51,376 nt of DNA from an uncultured Dehalococcoidia bacterium. GTDB taxonomy: Bacteria; Chloroflexota; Dehalococcoidia; Lucifugimonadales; UBA826. Made by a program: the position numbers and the translations under genes. Shown piece after piece: positions 27,827 to 37,694 of the stretch. Below the pieces are notes generated by a model. It did no database searches. It was not told the origin of the DNA and worked only from the letters and a program-made list of their open reading frames with translations. The stretch spans positions 1 to 51,376 of the forward strand of contig CAYFIW010000006.1 in NCBI GenBank assembly GCA_964343265.1. Reading direction: 5' to 3'. Position 1 is the first letter of the stretch; each line of letters opens with the position of its first letter.

Positions 27827-28984
27827 TTACGTTGACTTCAAAAGTTTATGTGTTTCAAAAGCGTCAGACAAAAGCTGCTCCGGTAAAGGCCCGTTAAACA
27901 ATATGTGTCCCATTTTTCTACCGGGTCGGACATCCGTTTTTCCATATGAATAGATTCGGGCATGGGCATTTTTTAAAATAAGATTCGTTTTATATGGATC
28001 CATTAAACTGGTGTATTCATCTCCCAGAACATTTAGTAGAACAGATGGCGTTATTTGTTGAGGAGTCACGAGTGGTAGACCTACCAATGCTCTTATTTGA
28101 AGGTCATATTGGGAAATAGTAAAAGAATCTATTGTGTGATGGCCCGAATTGTGTGGCCGTGGAGCGATTTCGTTTACTATGAGATCTTCATTTTCTAAAA
28201 GGAACATCTCTATACAAAAAACCCCTGGTTCCCCAATATTTTTTATAATTTCTCTGCCTAGATCTTCAGCTCGATCTGCAACAGCCCTAGAAATCCTTGC
28301 TGGTGAAATGCTTATTCTTAAAATGCCATTTTCATGGATATTTTCAGTCGGGGGGAAAGTCACAAAATTGTTTCTGCCATCATGACCCACGACTATGGAC
28401 AACTCGATTTTATATGGCACGACTTGCTCAACGACCCATGGGCCATCTCCCGTCATAGCCTTTTTCACGACGTCTATATTTTCAAGACTAGATATCCTCC
28501 ATTGCCCATGCCCGTCGTATCCTAAAGTGGCTGTTTTTACTATCCAAGGTAGTTCTAAGTCTATGTCACTTAGTTCTGCACGGTTATAAATAACCGCATA
28601 ATTGGTAACTGGAATGTGATTCTTCGTAAGAAAATGTTTTTCTTTGGTTCGATCCTGAGCAAGACCTAAACTTTTGCTTCCAGGTCTTACTGGAATTAGC
28701 TTTTCGAGGTTGTCTGTTAAGCTGACCGGAACATTTTCCCACTCCAAGGAAGCACAGTCTGATACTTCTGCAAATTCTTCTAGCGTGCCCAAGTCGTCAA
28801 AAGGTGTATCGTATGCTACATCCGCATATCTTTTAGCCGGGGCATTTGGTGATGGATCCCAGACTGATACCTTGTATCCGGATCGTAAAGCAGCCTCTGC
28901 GAAAAACCCACCAATTTGTCCTCCCCCAAGCATTCCTAGCCTGCTACCTAAAGGTATTACGGGATATTGATTTTTTATTGTCAA
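27827..28984 (-). CDS. purK: N5-CAIR synthase
   Basis: LGGGQ, EWENVP, GYDGHGQ, NEIAPRPHNSGH, RKMGH. Confidence 0.95.
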   Translation of the reverse strand: MTIKNQYPVIPLGSRLGMLGGGQIGGFFAEAALRSGYKVSVWDPSPNAPAKRYADVAYDTPFDDLGTLEEFAEVSDCASLEWENVPVSLTDNLEKLIPVRPGSKSLGLAQDRTKEKHFLTKNHIPVTNYAVIYNRAELSDIDLELPWIVKTATLGYDGHGQWRISSLENIDVVKKAMTGDGPWVVEQVVPYKIELSIVVGHDGRNNFVTFPPTENIHENGILRISISPARISRAVADRAEDLGREIIKNIGEPGVFCIEMFLLENEDLIVNEIAPRPHNSGHHTIDSFTISQYDLQIRALVGLPLVTPQQITPSVLLNVLGDEYTSLMDPYKTNLILKNAHARIYSYGKTDVRPGRKMGHILFNGPLPEQLLSDAFETHKLLKST

Positions 28985-29493
28985 ACTGCACCCCGTGATT
29001 CTGGATTAAGTAATACTGTTTCCGTTAAGTTGTTTCTCCATGCCTTTAATTTTTTTTTCAATTCAGCATCTTTGATAGCGAGCATTTCAGCCGCCAAAAG
29101 CGCAGCATTTTCTGCTCCACCTATAGCAACTGTAGCTACAGGTACACCTCTAGGCATTTGTACTATAGAAAGAAGTGAATCCATACCTTTGAGGTGTTCT
29201 AAAGGAACTGGAACTCCAATTATTGGAATAATGGTTTTAGCGGCAAGCATACCAGGTAAGTGTGCGGCCCCGCCGGCCCCGGCAATGATCACCTTTATTC
29301 CACGGGTTTCTGCGGTTTCTGCATATTCAAACAACCAGTCGGGAGTCCTGTGTGCAGAAACAACTCTAAGTTCATTACTTACGTCGAGTTGGTTCAATAT
29401 GTCCACAGATTTTCTTAGTGTGGGGAAATCAGAAGTGCTTCCTCCAACTATACCTACTAACGGGTTGATTTCATCTGTAGTATTTTCAGGCAT
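28981..29493 (-). CDS. purE: N5-CAIR mutase
   Basis: SAHRTP, AGAGGAAHLPG, VQMPRGVPVATV; SD GGAGG before MPENT. Confidence 0.96.
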   Translation of the reverse strand: MPENTTDEINPLVGIVGGSTSDFPTLRKSVDILNQLDVSNELRVVSAHRTPDWLFEYAETAETRGIKVIIAGAGGAAHLPGMLAAKTIIPIIGVPVPLEHLKGMDSLLSIVQMPRGVPVATVAIGGAENAALLAAEMLAIKDAELKKKLKAWRNNLTETVLLNPESRGAV

Positions 29494-29583
29494 AACAACC
29501 TCCTTACGGCGTAAATTCCAAAATATAATAATCACACGAAAACAGTTTAGATTTCATAGTTAGTCGAATCAATAAATATTGAG

Positions 29584-30024
29584 TCACGTCGGTCTTTTAT
29601 CAAGGTTTTTTGACATAAGGAAGTCTTTGTAACTTTCTTCATGGTTTCCTAGCATCTGATTTATTATGCTTCTGTGTCGGTAGGCTGACCAGTAACTGGG
29701 GTCGAGATCAATAGCTTTTGACAGGTCTTCATAGGCGTATTTCAGTTGGCCCAGATCAGAATATGCAAGTCCCCGGTTGTGATAGGCGTCCTTATATTCA
29801 GGCTCTAGTTCAATAGCTTTACTAAAATCTGCAAGTGAGTCTTCATAAATACCCAAGCAAAGTTTTGCAACTCCAATATTGTTCCAAGTCATGTAGTGAC
29901 TTGAGTCTATTTTGACGGCCATTTCGTATAAATCCAATGCTTCACGATGTTTGCCGCTATTAGCTAATAAATTTGCCTTATCAAAAATTTGTTTCCATTC
30001 TTGAGTTACATTTTTGTTTTTCAT
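29584..30024 (-). CDS. Tetratricopeptide repeat protein (~3-4 TPR)
   Basis: Repeats such as WNNIG...DFSKAIELEP, AYHNRG...DLSKAIDLDP. Confidence 0.88.
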   Translation of the reverse strand: MKNKNVTQEWKQIFDKANLLANSGKHREALDLYEMAVKIDSSHYMTWNNIGVAKLCLGIYEDSLADFSKAIELEPEYKDAYHNRGLAYSDLGQLKYAYEDLSKAIDLDPSYWSAYRHRSIINQMLGNHEESYKDFLMSKNLDKRPT

Positions 30025-30117
30025 GAGTGCACGAAAGTAGACATTATGAAGAGGTCCATATTAATTTTCAGAATTCATTCTAACTGTCATGCTTGCCCTA
30101 TTGTAAGATTGTTAGTG

Positions 30118-31329
30118 ATGAAAAATAACAGTGTAAATAATCAACCTAGGCAATTTGAAACAATAGCTGGTGTTTCTGACCAGTCTAGCCAGTATGTTCA
30201 AATGAAGAATTTGATTGTCTCTAGGATACATAACCTTTTGAGCGATAATGGTTTTGATCTGGTTGATTATCCTGTGTTGGAACCAACAGAATTGTATGTT
30301 AGGAAATCCGGAGGCGGAATAAGTGATCGCCTTTATTCGTTTACTGACCCCGGAGGAAATGAGGTAAGCCTCAGACCTGAATTCACATCATCTGTGATCA
30401 GATCATATTTAAACGAATTTGGGAAACTAGATAAGATAATCAAGAGACAATATTACGGACCTGTCTTCCGTTATTCTGATCTGTCTCCTGGAACTAGTCT
30501 CCGTCAATTCACTCAGCAAGGATGTGAGATTATCGGTCCTGGTCAAGGTGATACTGATGCAGAAATATTGAGGCTCGCAATAGATTCAATTGCTTCCACT
30601 GGGACTCAATCTTTGTTGGTACGAATCGGTAACGTAGGAGCAATTCGGGAATTGCTATATTCACACGGCCTGAGTGAAGCAATTTGCCTTTTTGTGATCT
30701 CCAATGTGCATAATGTTTTGAAAGGTGATGCTAGTCCCGAATCAATTAGTTTACGCGCAACTGAGCTTGGGCTCATACACCTAGATCCTTCAAACCCTGT
30801 GGACTGCAATGAAGGTTCATCTCGTGGTGACTTAATAAACTTGGTCGAATCCCTAATGGCTAAGAATTTATCGGACCATATTGGGAGGAGAACTACAGAT
30901 GAAATAGTCGATAGATTACTGGAGAAAAGGGAAAATAGGACAAGTGTTGAAACTTTCGATAACGCTTTGAACGATTTGATAGGGTTTCTTAAGAATATGA
31001 CAGGAATATACGACAATTTAATATCCCGAGATAATGTGTCTCTGTTTGAAAAGAAACAGCGAGTATATTTGGATAAACTAATAAGTTCAGTAAATTCTAA
31101 TATAGGTCGGGACGTTGAAATTAAGTACGAGTTGAATTTCGCACCCGAGAGAGGTCTTCTATATTACACGGGAGTATTGTTTGATATTTCTACGGAAATT
31201 AACAACACCCAAATAGTTTTAGGCGGTGGTGGCCGTTACGATGGTCTTGTTAAGTCTCTTGGTGGAGCTCACGATGTAGATGCCGTTGGGTTTGCTATCA
31301 ATGTTGATGCGGTTTTGGCTAATAGTTAG
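30118..31329 (+). CDS. hisZ: ATP phosphoribosyltransferase regulatory subunit
   Basis: LRPEFT, GPVFRY, RQFTQ.G.E, YYTG, GGGRYD, AVGFA; no anticodon-binding domain; precedes short hisG. Confidence 0.88.
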   Translation: MKNNSVNNQPRQFETIAGVSDQSSQYVQMKNLIVSRIHNLLSDNGFDLVDYPVLEPTELYVRKSGGGISDRLYSFTDPGGNEVSLRPEFTSSVIRSYLNEFGKLDKIIKRQYYGPVFRYSDLSPGTSLRQFTQQGCEIIGPGQGDTDAEILRLAIDSIASTGTQSLLVRIGNVGAIRELLYSHGLSEAICLFVISNVHNVLKGDASPESISLRATELGLIHLDPSNPVDCNEGSSRGDLINLVESLMAKNLSDHIGRRTTDEIVDRLLEKRENRTSVETFDNALNDLIGFLKNMTGIYDNLISRDNVSLFEKKQRVYLDKLISSVNSNIGRDVEIKYELNFAPERGLLYYTGVLFDISTEINNTQIVLGGGGRYDGLVKSLGGAHDVDAVGFAINVDAVLANS

Positions 31330-31355
31330 TTATAAAACGATTAAAAGGATAATTG

Positions 31356-32081
31356 ATGACTGAACTTAGGAAGGCTCTGAAGTTGCTTATTGCAAGCGAT
31401 GGGGCCTTATACGAACCCACGCTAAGATTTTTGGATGCTTGCGATCTCACAGTAAACCGTGAAAATCCCAGACGATATACGGCCACTATTCCATCTTTGA
31501 AAGGGGTATCAGTTCTATTTCAACGAAGTGCTGATATAACGTCTAAAATTGAGGATGGTAGTGCTGATTTGGGTATAATAGGGGAAGATAGGTATCTGGA
31601 ACTGAGAAAGGAAGACGGACCTACTGCCATAGTTAGGGACAACCTCGGATTTGGAGCGTGCTCCTTGTCACTCGGGGTTCCTAACTATTGGATAGATGTC
31701 GATTCCGTTGCTGACTTGGCTGATTTGGCGACTGATTTCCATGCAAAGGGGTTTACTTTCAAGGTGGCTACAAAGTCACCACGTCTTTTACAAAGATTTT
31801 TGATTTCTAACGGAATTAGCAATTTTTCTCTGGTTCAATCTAGTGGCACCTTAGAGATAGCTCCTGCAATGGGCTTTGCGGACATAATAGCTGACATCAC
31901 TTCATCGGGTACAACTATGAGAGAAAATCATTTGAAGATGATAGAAGGGGGGACCATAATTAGCTCGGAGGCCTGCTTAATAATAAATACACATACACTC
32001 AACGACAATTCCAAAAAGGGCATGCTTGCTAGCCGGTTTGTCGAGATTGTTAATGATCATATGTCTTTATCTAGTGTTTGA
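31356..32081 (+). CDS. hisG: ATP phosphoribosyltransferase, short form
   Basis: DLGIIGED, VATK, GTLEIAP, DITSSGTTMRENHL; no C-terminal ACT domain. Confidence 0.92.
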   Translation: MTELRKALKLLIASDGALYEPTLRFLDACDLTVNRENPRRYTATIPSLKGVSVLFQRSADITSKIEDGSADLGIIGEDRYLELRKEDGPTAIVRDNLGFGACSLSLGVPNYWIDVDSVADLADLATDFHAKGFTFKVATKSPRLLQRFLISNGISNFSLVQSSGTLEIAPAMGFADIIADITSSGTTMRENHLKMIEGGTIISSEACLIINTHTLNDNSKKGMLASRFVEIVNDHMSLSSV

Positions 32082-32112
32082 AGCTTTAACTGAAGTCATA
32101 TAGGGATTTAGG

Positions 32113-32859
32113 TTGCCAAATTTACCGACACACATTCATTTTGCGATTGAGGCAGGAAGTTATATTGAGTCCGATTCTATAGAGTCTAACTTTCCTGCGT
32201 ATTTAGTTGGGTCGACTACTCCAGATATGAGGGCTATAACAAAAAAAGACCGATCAGTTTATCATTTTGTAAATTTGGATTTCAAAGGGATCGGTGAAGG
32301 ATTGACTAATCTTGTGACTAGTCATCCTAAATGGTTTGACTTGGCTAATGTTGACAATGAGACACGGGCTTTCATGGCGGGATACGCCTCTCATTTAATT
32401 TTAGATGAAACGTGGGTTACGTTGATGTTTAGGCCATATTTCCAGGATTCCAAACTATTTCCGGATCCCGCTAAAGCTCTTGTTATGGATAGGGCAATGC
32501 AATTAGGCCTCGATAAGTTGAATTGGATGTCTATGAAGCCATATTTATCAGATATGCAGGATTACCGTTTGGGAGTTGATGTCGATTTTCTGGAATCTGA
32601 ACCCGTTGAAGATTGGAAAAATTGGATTTTCAGATTATTAGGGGCAGATTTCACGTGGGAGAGATTACTATTTATGGCTACCAGGATATCGAGGGGTGAC
32701 GAAACTCACCCTGCAATAAGATATGCAAATGAATTTATTGCAAACCCGGAAGAAATGTTTGATGACCTAATAGATACTCTCCCTGAAGGGGTATTGAATG
32801 AATTTGAGAATGCCGCTGTTTCAAATATAGAAAAACATGTCAATAGGTTCATTGGATGA
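32113..32859 (+). CDS. Zinc-dependent phospholipase C-like family protein
   Basis: MP...TH..FA, YLVGSTTPD, HF, GYASHLILD metal-ligand pattern. Confidence 0.7.
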   Translation: MPNLPTHIHFAIEAGSYIESDSIESNFPAYLVGSTTPDMRAITKKDRSVYHFVNLDFKGIGEGLTNLVTSHPKWFDLANVDNETRAFMAGYASHLILDETWVTLMFRPYFQDSKLFPDPAKALVMDRAMQLGLDKLNWMSMKPYLSDMQDYRLGVDVDFLESEPVEDWKNWIFRLLGADFTWERLLFMATRISRGDETHPAIRYANEFIANPEEMFDDLIDTLPEGVLNEFENAAVSNIEKHVNRFIG

Positions 32860-34178
32860 AAATAACTTCGGATATTAGCGAGGCGTTTGAATTTTTAAAT
32901 TCTAGAAGACATATTGATTTTGAAGACACGCCTGATTGGATACTTGATTCCTCTGAACGTGTATTTGGCAAAAAAATGCACTTGTATGAATATGTGGACA
33001 AGATTGTCAGGGAAGTTCGCGATAAGGGTGATAAAGCATTAATAGAAATAACTAAGAATATTGAGGGTGTAAGTCTAAGAAATTTTGTGGTATCAGCGCC
33101 TGAAATTGAGGAAGCTTATAAAAGGATTGATTCTAAACTAAGAGAATCGTTAGAGTTTTCGGCTTCAAGAATTACGGATTTTCATAACATTTGTATGAAA
33201 GACGGATGGTTTGATGAAGCTAAAGGATATGGTCAAAGAATCGTTCCAATGGGTTCTTCAGCCTCTTATATTCCGGGAGGTACCGCGAAGTATCCATCTA
33301 CAGTGTTGATGACATCCATACCTGCGAGAATTGCAGGAGTTGACAACGTGTCTATTACTTGTCCTGCAGGCGCAAATGGTAAATTGCCGGACTCAGTATT
33401 AGCATCGGCTTATATAGCAGGTGTAGACACCGTTTATAGCATGGGAGGTGCCCAGGCCATTTCAGCCCTTGCTTACGGAACCGAAACAATAAAAAAAGTA
33501 GATTTAATATGTGGGCCAGGTAATATATTTGTTACCTTGGCGAAAAAAATAGTATTTGGAGATGTGGGTATCGATGGTTTGTACGGACCTACAGAAACCG
33601 TGGTCATTGCGGACGATACTGCCAATTCAGCTTTGTGCGCTGCTGACCTATTGGCGCAGGCTGAACACGATGCCTTAGCAAAGCCTGTTCTTATTACTGA
33701 TTCGATGACTTTGGCCGATGATGTATTAGAACAGATAACTCTCAGACTCGAAGTTATGGAAAGGGCTTCAATAGCTAGGCGATCTGTGGAAGATCACGGA
33801 CTAATTGTGGTTGTGGAGAATATAGCTCAAGGGATTGAATTATCTAATGAATTCTCACCAGAACATCTGAGTATCGTTACTGATAAGCCAGAAAATTTAT
33901 TGACAGCAGTAAGAAATGCTGGAATGGTTTTTATGGGCGAATTCTCCCATGAGGTGTTGGGAGATTACGGTGCTGGCCCGAGCCATGTTATGCCGACTGC
34001 TGGGACAGCTAGATTTAATTCTGGTCTTGGTGTTCATACTTTTCAGAAGTATATGCCTGTTATCAGATTGAGCAGGGAGGCGGCCATGGATGTCACAATG
34101 GCGGCTTCAGAGATCGCTAGGGAAGAAGGCTTGTTCGGTCACGCAGCAGCGGCCGAAATAAGAAAAGAAATGGGTTAA
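32856..34178 (+). CDS. hisD: Histidinol dehydrogenase
   Basis: YIPGG, GGAQA, GPGN, LAQAEHD, PEHL, GDY.AGPSHV.PT, EGL.GH. Confidence 0.96.
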   Translation: MKITSDISEAFEFLNSRRHIDFEDTPDWILDSSERVFGKKMHLYEYVDKIVREVRDKGDKALIEITKNIEGVSLRNFVVSAPEIEEAYKRIDSKLRESLEFSASRITDFHNICMKDGWFDEAKGYGQRIVPMGSSASYIPGGTAKYPSTVLMTSIPARIAGVDNVSITCPAGANGKLPDSVLASAYIAGVDTVYSMGGAQAISALAYGTETIKKVDLICGPGNIFVTLAKKIVFGDVGIDGLYGPTETVVIADDTANSALCAADLLAQAEHDALAKPVLITDSMTLADDVLEQITLRLEVMERASIARRSVEDHGLIVVVENIAQGIELSNEFSPEHLSIVTDKPENLLTAVRNAGMVFMGEFSHEVLGDYGAGPSHVMPTAGTARFNSGLGVHTFQKYMPVIRLSREAAMDVTMAASEIAREEGLFGHAAAAEIRKEMG

Positions 34179-34209
34179 AATCATTAGAAATTAAGTGGTG
34201 AGGAACACG

Positions 34210-35310
34210 TTGAGAAGATTAGATGACATGGTACGTTCCCATTTGTTGAAAGTTGATACCTATAGCTCTATGGACGCTCCTGAAATTCTTGCTCAAAAGG
34301 CAGGAATATCTCCCAATAAAATTATTAAACTTAACGGTAACGAAAATCCTTTTGGACCATCTCCCAAGGCGGTCAAGGCAGTCGCCAATGTTGATCTTCA
34401 TATATATCCAGACCCACATCAGGAAAAGATGCGAGAGGCCCTTTCCGGATATACAGGCTTGGGTCCTGAAAAAATTGTAGTTGGATCGGGCGCGGATGAA
34501 TTGATTGACCTGTTGTTTCGTTTATTCATCTCACCTGGTGAAATTATATTAGATTTCGATCCGACTTTTGGTATGTATAGTTTCTGTGCTGGGGTTTCCG
34601 GGGCTAAGGTTGAATATATTGACCGGGATGAGAATTTTGACATAGACGTCGAAGCTGCGTTATCTAGGGTATCTGACAATACAAAGATGATATTTGTCAC
34701 GTCTCCAAATAATCCTACTGGAAATCCAGTACGTGAAGACCAAGTTTTGGAATTGCTGAAAAGTGGGTTAATAGTTGTTGTGGATGAGGCTTATTTTGAG
34801 TTTTCAGGTTCTACGATGCAGAACTTAGTTGGAGATTATAAGAACCTTATTATTCTGCGAACGATGAGTAAATGGGCCGGTCTAGCAGGTCTGAGAGTTG
34901 GGTATGGACTGATGCATGAAGAGGTTGCCAATTATTTAATGGATATCAAGCCCCCATACAACGTCAATATAGCTGGAGAAGCGGCACTTGTGGCTTCTAT
35001 AGAAGATTCAGAATATCTATTGTCTAATGTTAGGAAAATAGTACTAGAAAGAAATAGGATGTATCGCCTACTTGACGATATAGACGGTGTGAAACCGTGG
35101 CCTTCAGAAGGTAACTATATATTATGCCAATTCAATGAAAATAGGGCGGGTAAAGTATATGAGGCATTGGCTGCAAGAGGTATATTCGTAAGGAACTTTC
35201 CATCGAAGAAATTGAGAGATTTTTTTCGCATAGCGGTTGGTATGCCTGATGAGACAAGCCTATTAGTAAAGAGCGTTGAAGAAATAATGAGAGAAATAGA
35301 AAATGAGTAA
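34210..35310 (+). CDS. hisC: Histidinol-phosphate aminotransferase
   Basis: NENP, GADE, SPNNPTG, DEAY, RTMSKWAGLAGLRVG; start TTG 34210 (alternative GTG 34195). Confidence 0.94.
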   Translation: MRRLDDMVRSHLLKVDTYSSMDAPEILAQKAGISPNKIIKLNGNENPFGPSPKAVKAVANVDLHIYPDPHQEKMREALSGYTGLGPEKIVVGSGADELIDLLFRLFISPGEIILDFDPTFGMYSFCAGVSGAKVEYIDRDENFDIDVEAALSRVSDNTKMIFVTSPNNPTGNPVREDQVLELLKSGLIVVVDEAYFEFSGSTMQNLVGDYKNLIILRTMSKWAGLAGLRVGYGLMHEEVANYLMDIKPPYNVNIAGEAALVASIEDSEYLLSNVRKIVLERNRMYRLLDDIDGVKPWPSEGNYILCQFNENRAGKVYEALAARGIFVRNFPSKKLRDFFRIAVGMPDETSLLVKSVEEIMREIENE

Positions 35311-35908
35311 AGTTAATTCACGTTCTGCGTCTAAAGCACGCATTACTAACGAAACTAAAATATCAGTGTCCATTTGCCTGGATGGCTCAGGGGTCTACGA
35401 GGTAGATACGGGAAATGGAATGTTTGATCATCTCTTAGCCCAAATAGCTAGGCATGGATTAATTGATTTGGAGGTGGATGCAGAAGGTGATTCCGAGGTT
35501 GGATGGCATCATATTGTTGAAGATACTGCCATAGTTCTAGGTAAGGCTTTTAGGGAGGCTGTTGGTGACGGAGCAGGAATTGTTCGGATGGGACATACCT
35601 ATACTCCTCTGGATGAAGCCTTAGTTCTCACAGTTGTTGACTACAGTGGACGTGGCTATGCAGTTATAGATGCTCCTTTGACAGAAAGCGATTTGGGTGG
35701 TCTTCCGTCTGATCTAATACGACACTTTATGGAGACTTTTGCTAGGGAAGGGGGCATTAATTTACACGTCAAGGTATTGGCTGGAATGAATAATCATCAT
35801 ATTGCTGAAGCATGTTTTAAAAGTTTAGCTAGATCCTTGAAGTCAGCGTTATCCTACGATCCGAGGCGAGGGGATAGAGTAGCTAGTACCAAGGGAACAA
35901 TCAGTTAG
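35303..35908 (+). CDS. hisB: Imidazoleglycerol-phosphate dehydratase
   Basis: TNET.I, FDHLL, HHIVED, NNHHIAEA.FK, STKG. Confidence 0.96.
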   Translation: MSKVNSRSASKARITNETKISVSICLDGSGVYEVDTGNGMFDHLLAQIARHGLIDLEVDAEGDSEVGWHHIVEDTAIVLGKAFREAVGDGAGIVRMGHTYTPLDEALVLTVVDYSGRGYAVIDAPLTESDLGGLPSDLIRHFMETFAREGGINLHVKVLAGMNNHHIAEACFKSLARSLKSALSYDPRRGDRVASTKGTIS

Positions 35909-35914
35909 CGGCTA

Positions 35915-36166
35915 TCATATTTCCGATATTTGGAATCTATAGTCCTCTATTACGGGATTTGAAAGTAACTTACTGCACATTTCATCGAGGGAGTTTTTGG
36001 CTTCTTCCTCGGATTCAGCGTCGAAGGTAACCTCGAAGTATTTTCCAGCTCTCACATTTTGTATACCACTAAATCCTAGCCGCTTTAGTCCTGACGATAT
36101 AGTCAGACCTTGAGGGTCACTCACTGTAGGCTTGAGGCTTACAAATATTTCTGCGTGTATTTTCAT
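35915..36166 (-). CDS. purS: FGAM synthase subunit PurS
   Basis: DPQG, VRAGKYFE, LLSNPVIEDY. Confidence 0.95.
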   Translation of the reverse strand: MKIHAEIFVSLKPTVSDPQGLTISSGLKRLGFSGIQNVRAGKYFEVTFDAESEEEAKNSLDEMCSKLLSNPVIEDYRFQISEI

Positions 36167-36796
36167 CTATCTCGCTTGGGCTTCAGGTGCATTTGGAGAG
36201 TTATGATGGGCGTCGATAAATTCTATTATTCTGCCTTGATCGAATGCGTCGAAATTATCAATAAAAGTCCAGGCTGTTAGCGCGATCCTGTTTTCCGTTT
36301 CGGGATGTGGTGACAGAAGTAGTTCCATTCCCTCTGACCTGCCTCGCTCAACAATTCCAACCAAACTTTCGACAAGTTGATCGCAACCGTTTGGACAGTT
36401 GTATGTTATTGATATTCCGCCATGTTCCAAGTTGTGTATCTTTTTCTCATCAGGTATGAAGTCTTTATGTACTCCCCAACTGACTGGAGCTAAAGGTTGT
36501 GCGTAGTGCCAGCCAGATGTTGCAGGTATAGAGTTGTATGCAGGGTGCTCTTCTCCCTCACTTATGTGATATTGGCCTTGATCCTCTAGTTTTTTACCAG
36601 GTCCGTCTGGCGCACCTGAGATGGGATTTTCTAACCCCCCAAGCATAGGAAGTATCAAGCCCATTATGAGTAGTACTGCTACACCAGCAACTCCTGCTCC
36701 TATGGCATATCTCGTGAATTTACTTCTGTTCTGCTGTCTAGCTCTTCTAGCTGCGCGGGCTTGGGTTGGTGTTAGTCTGTTTTTGCTTGATGACAT
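36167..36796 (-). CDS. DUF3105 family membrane-anchored protein
   Basis: Basic N-terminus + TM, then H...Y...PATSGWH, HNLEHG, YNCPNGC, IALTAW. Confidence 0.85.
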   Translation of the reverse strand: MSSSKNRLTPTQARAARRARQQNRSKFTRYAIGAGVAGVAVLLIMGLILPMLGGLENPISGAPDGPGKKLEDQGQYHISEGEEHPAYNSIPATSGWHYAQPLAPVSWGVHKDFIPDEKKIHNLEHGGISITYNCPNGCDQLVESLVGIVERGRSEGMELLLSPHPETENRIALTAWTFIDNFDAFDQGRIIEFIDAHHNSPNAPEAQAR

Positions 36797-36809
36797 GTTT
36801 ACGTCGTAC

Positions 36810-37694
36810 CTATTTGAGTTTACAGCCTGTTATTTTACTGAATGCTTCTTCGTATCTCATCTGTGTTTTTTTAACTATTTCAGCAGGCAATGCAGGAGCG
36901 GGTGGTTCCCTGTCCCAGTCCTGTGAATTTAGCCAATCTCTGACAAATTGTTTGTCGAAATTAGGTTGGCTATTCCCAGGGATATACAAACTTGCATCCC
37001 AAAACCTACTAGAATCTGGAGTCAAAAGTTCGTCTATTAATGTGACCTGCCCATCGATTATACCGAACTCAAGTTTTGTGTCGGCGATTATTATTCCCTT
37101 TTCAAGACAATATCGATGAGCATAATTATATATCTTCAGGGTTATTTCTTTTAGTTGTTGTGTGAGATCGTTACCCACAATATTCGACATTTCAGATATG
37201 GAAATATTTTCATCGTGGCCTTCTTCAGCTTTGGTAGCTGGTGTAAAAATGGGTTCAGGAAACTTGTCACCCTCCACCAGATTTTTAGGCATCATAACGT
37301 TTGCAATTGTTCCAGTTTGTTGATATTCCTGAAAGGCACTACCTGTGATATAGCCTCTCGCTACGCATTCAACGTCTATTCTGTCTGCTTTTTTTACATA
37401 CATGGACCTCCTCTGTATTCCAGAAGGAAGTGGGGGATATTCATCACCTTGATGATTTAAAAGATGATTAGGAACGATATTTTCCGTTTTTCCGAACCAA
37501 AAATGTGCCATCTGATTTAGGACAGCACCTTTTCCGGGTATTGGGGTAGGAATTACGACGTCATATGCGGAAACCCTGTCAGTTGAAACCATTAGAAGTA
37601 CATCGTCTCCCATGTCATGAGTGTCTCTAACTTTTCCTCTGTAGACTAGGTTTTCGAGGTTGGATTCTGTCAGAATATCACGGTATTCATTCAT
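36810..37694 (-). CDS. purC: SAICAR synthase
   Basis: RGKVRD, DRVSAYD, ECVARGY, ADTKLEFG, TPDSSRFW, DKQFVRDW. Confidence 0.96.
   Translation of the reverse strand: MNEYRDILTESNLENLVYRGKVRDTHDMGDDVLLMVSTDRVSAYDVVIPTPIPGKGAVLNQMAHFWFGKTENIVPNHLLNHQGDEYPPLPSGIQRRSMYVKKADRIDVECVARGYITGSAFQEYQQTGTIANVMMPKNLVEGDKFPEPIFTPATKAEEGHDENISISEMSNIVGNDLTQQLKEITLKIYNYAHRYCLEKGIIIADTKLEFGIIDGQVTLIDELLTPDSSRFWDASLYIPGNSQPNFDKQFVRDWLNSQDWDREPPAPALPAEIVKKTQMRYEEAFSKITGCKLK

Noticed and set aside
24300-27830. att-like duplication of a tRNA 3' end bounding an island
   Set aside because: No second copy of either tRNA 3' end was seen; the shared GGGTTCGAATCCCT is just the T-arm of the two tRNAs
29989-31329. Calling this ORF histidyl-tRNA synthetase, and using the 29989 start
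   Set aside because: It lacks the anticodon-binding domain and precedes short hisG, so it is HisZ; the 29989 start overlaps the divergent TPR gene
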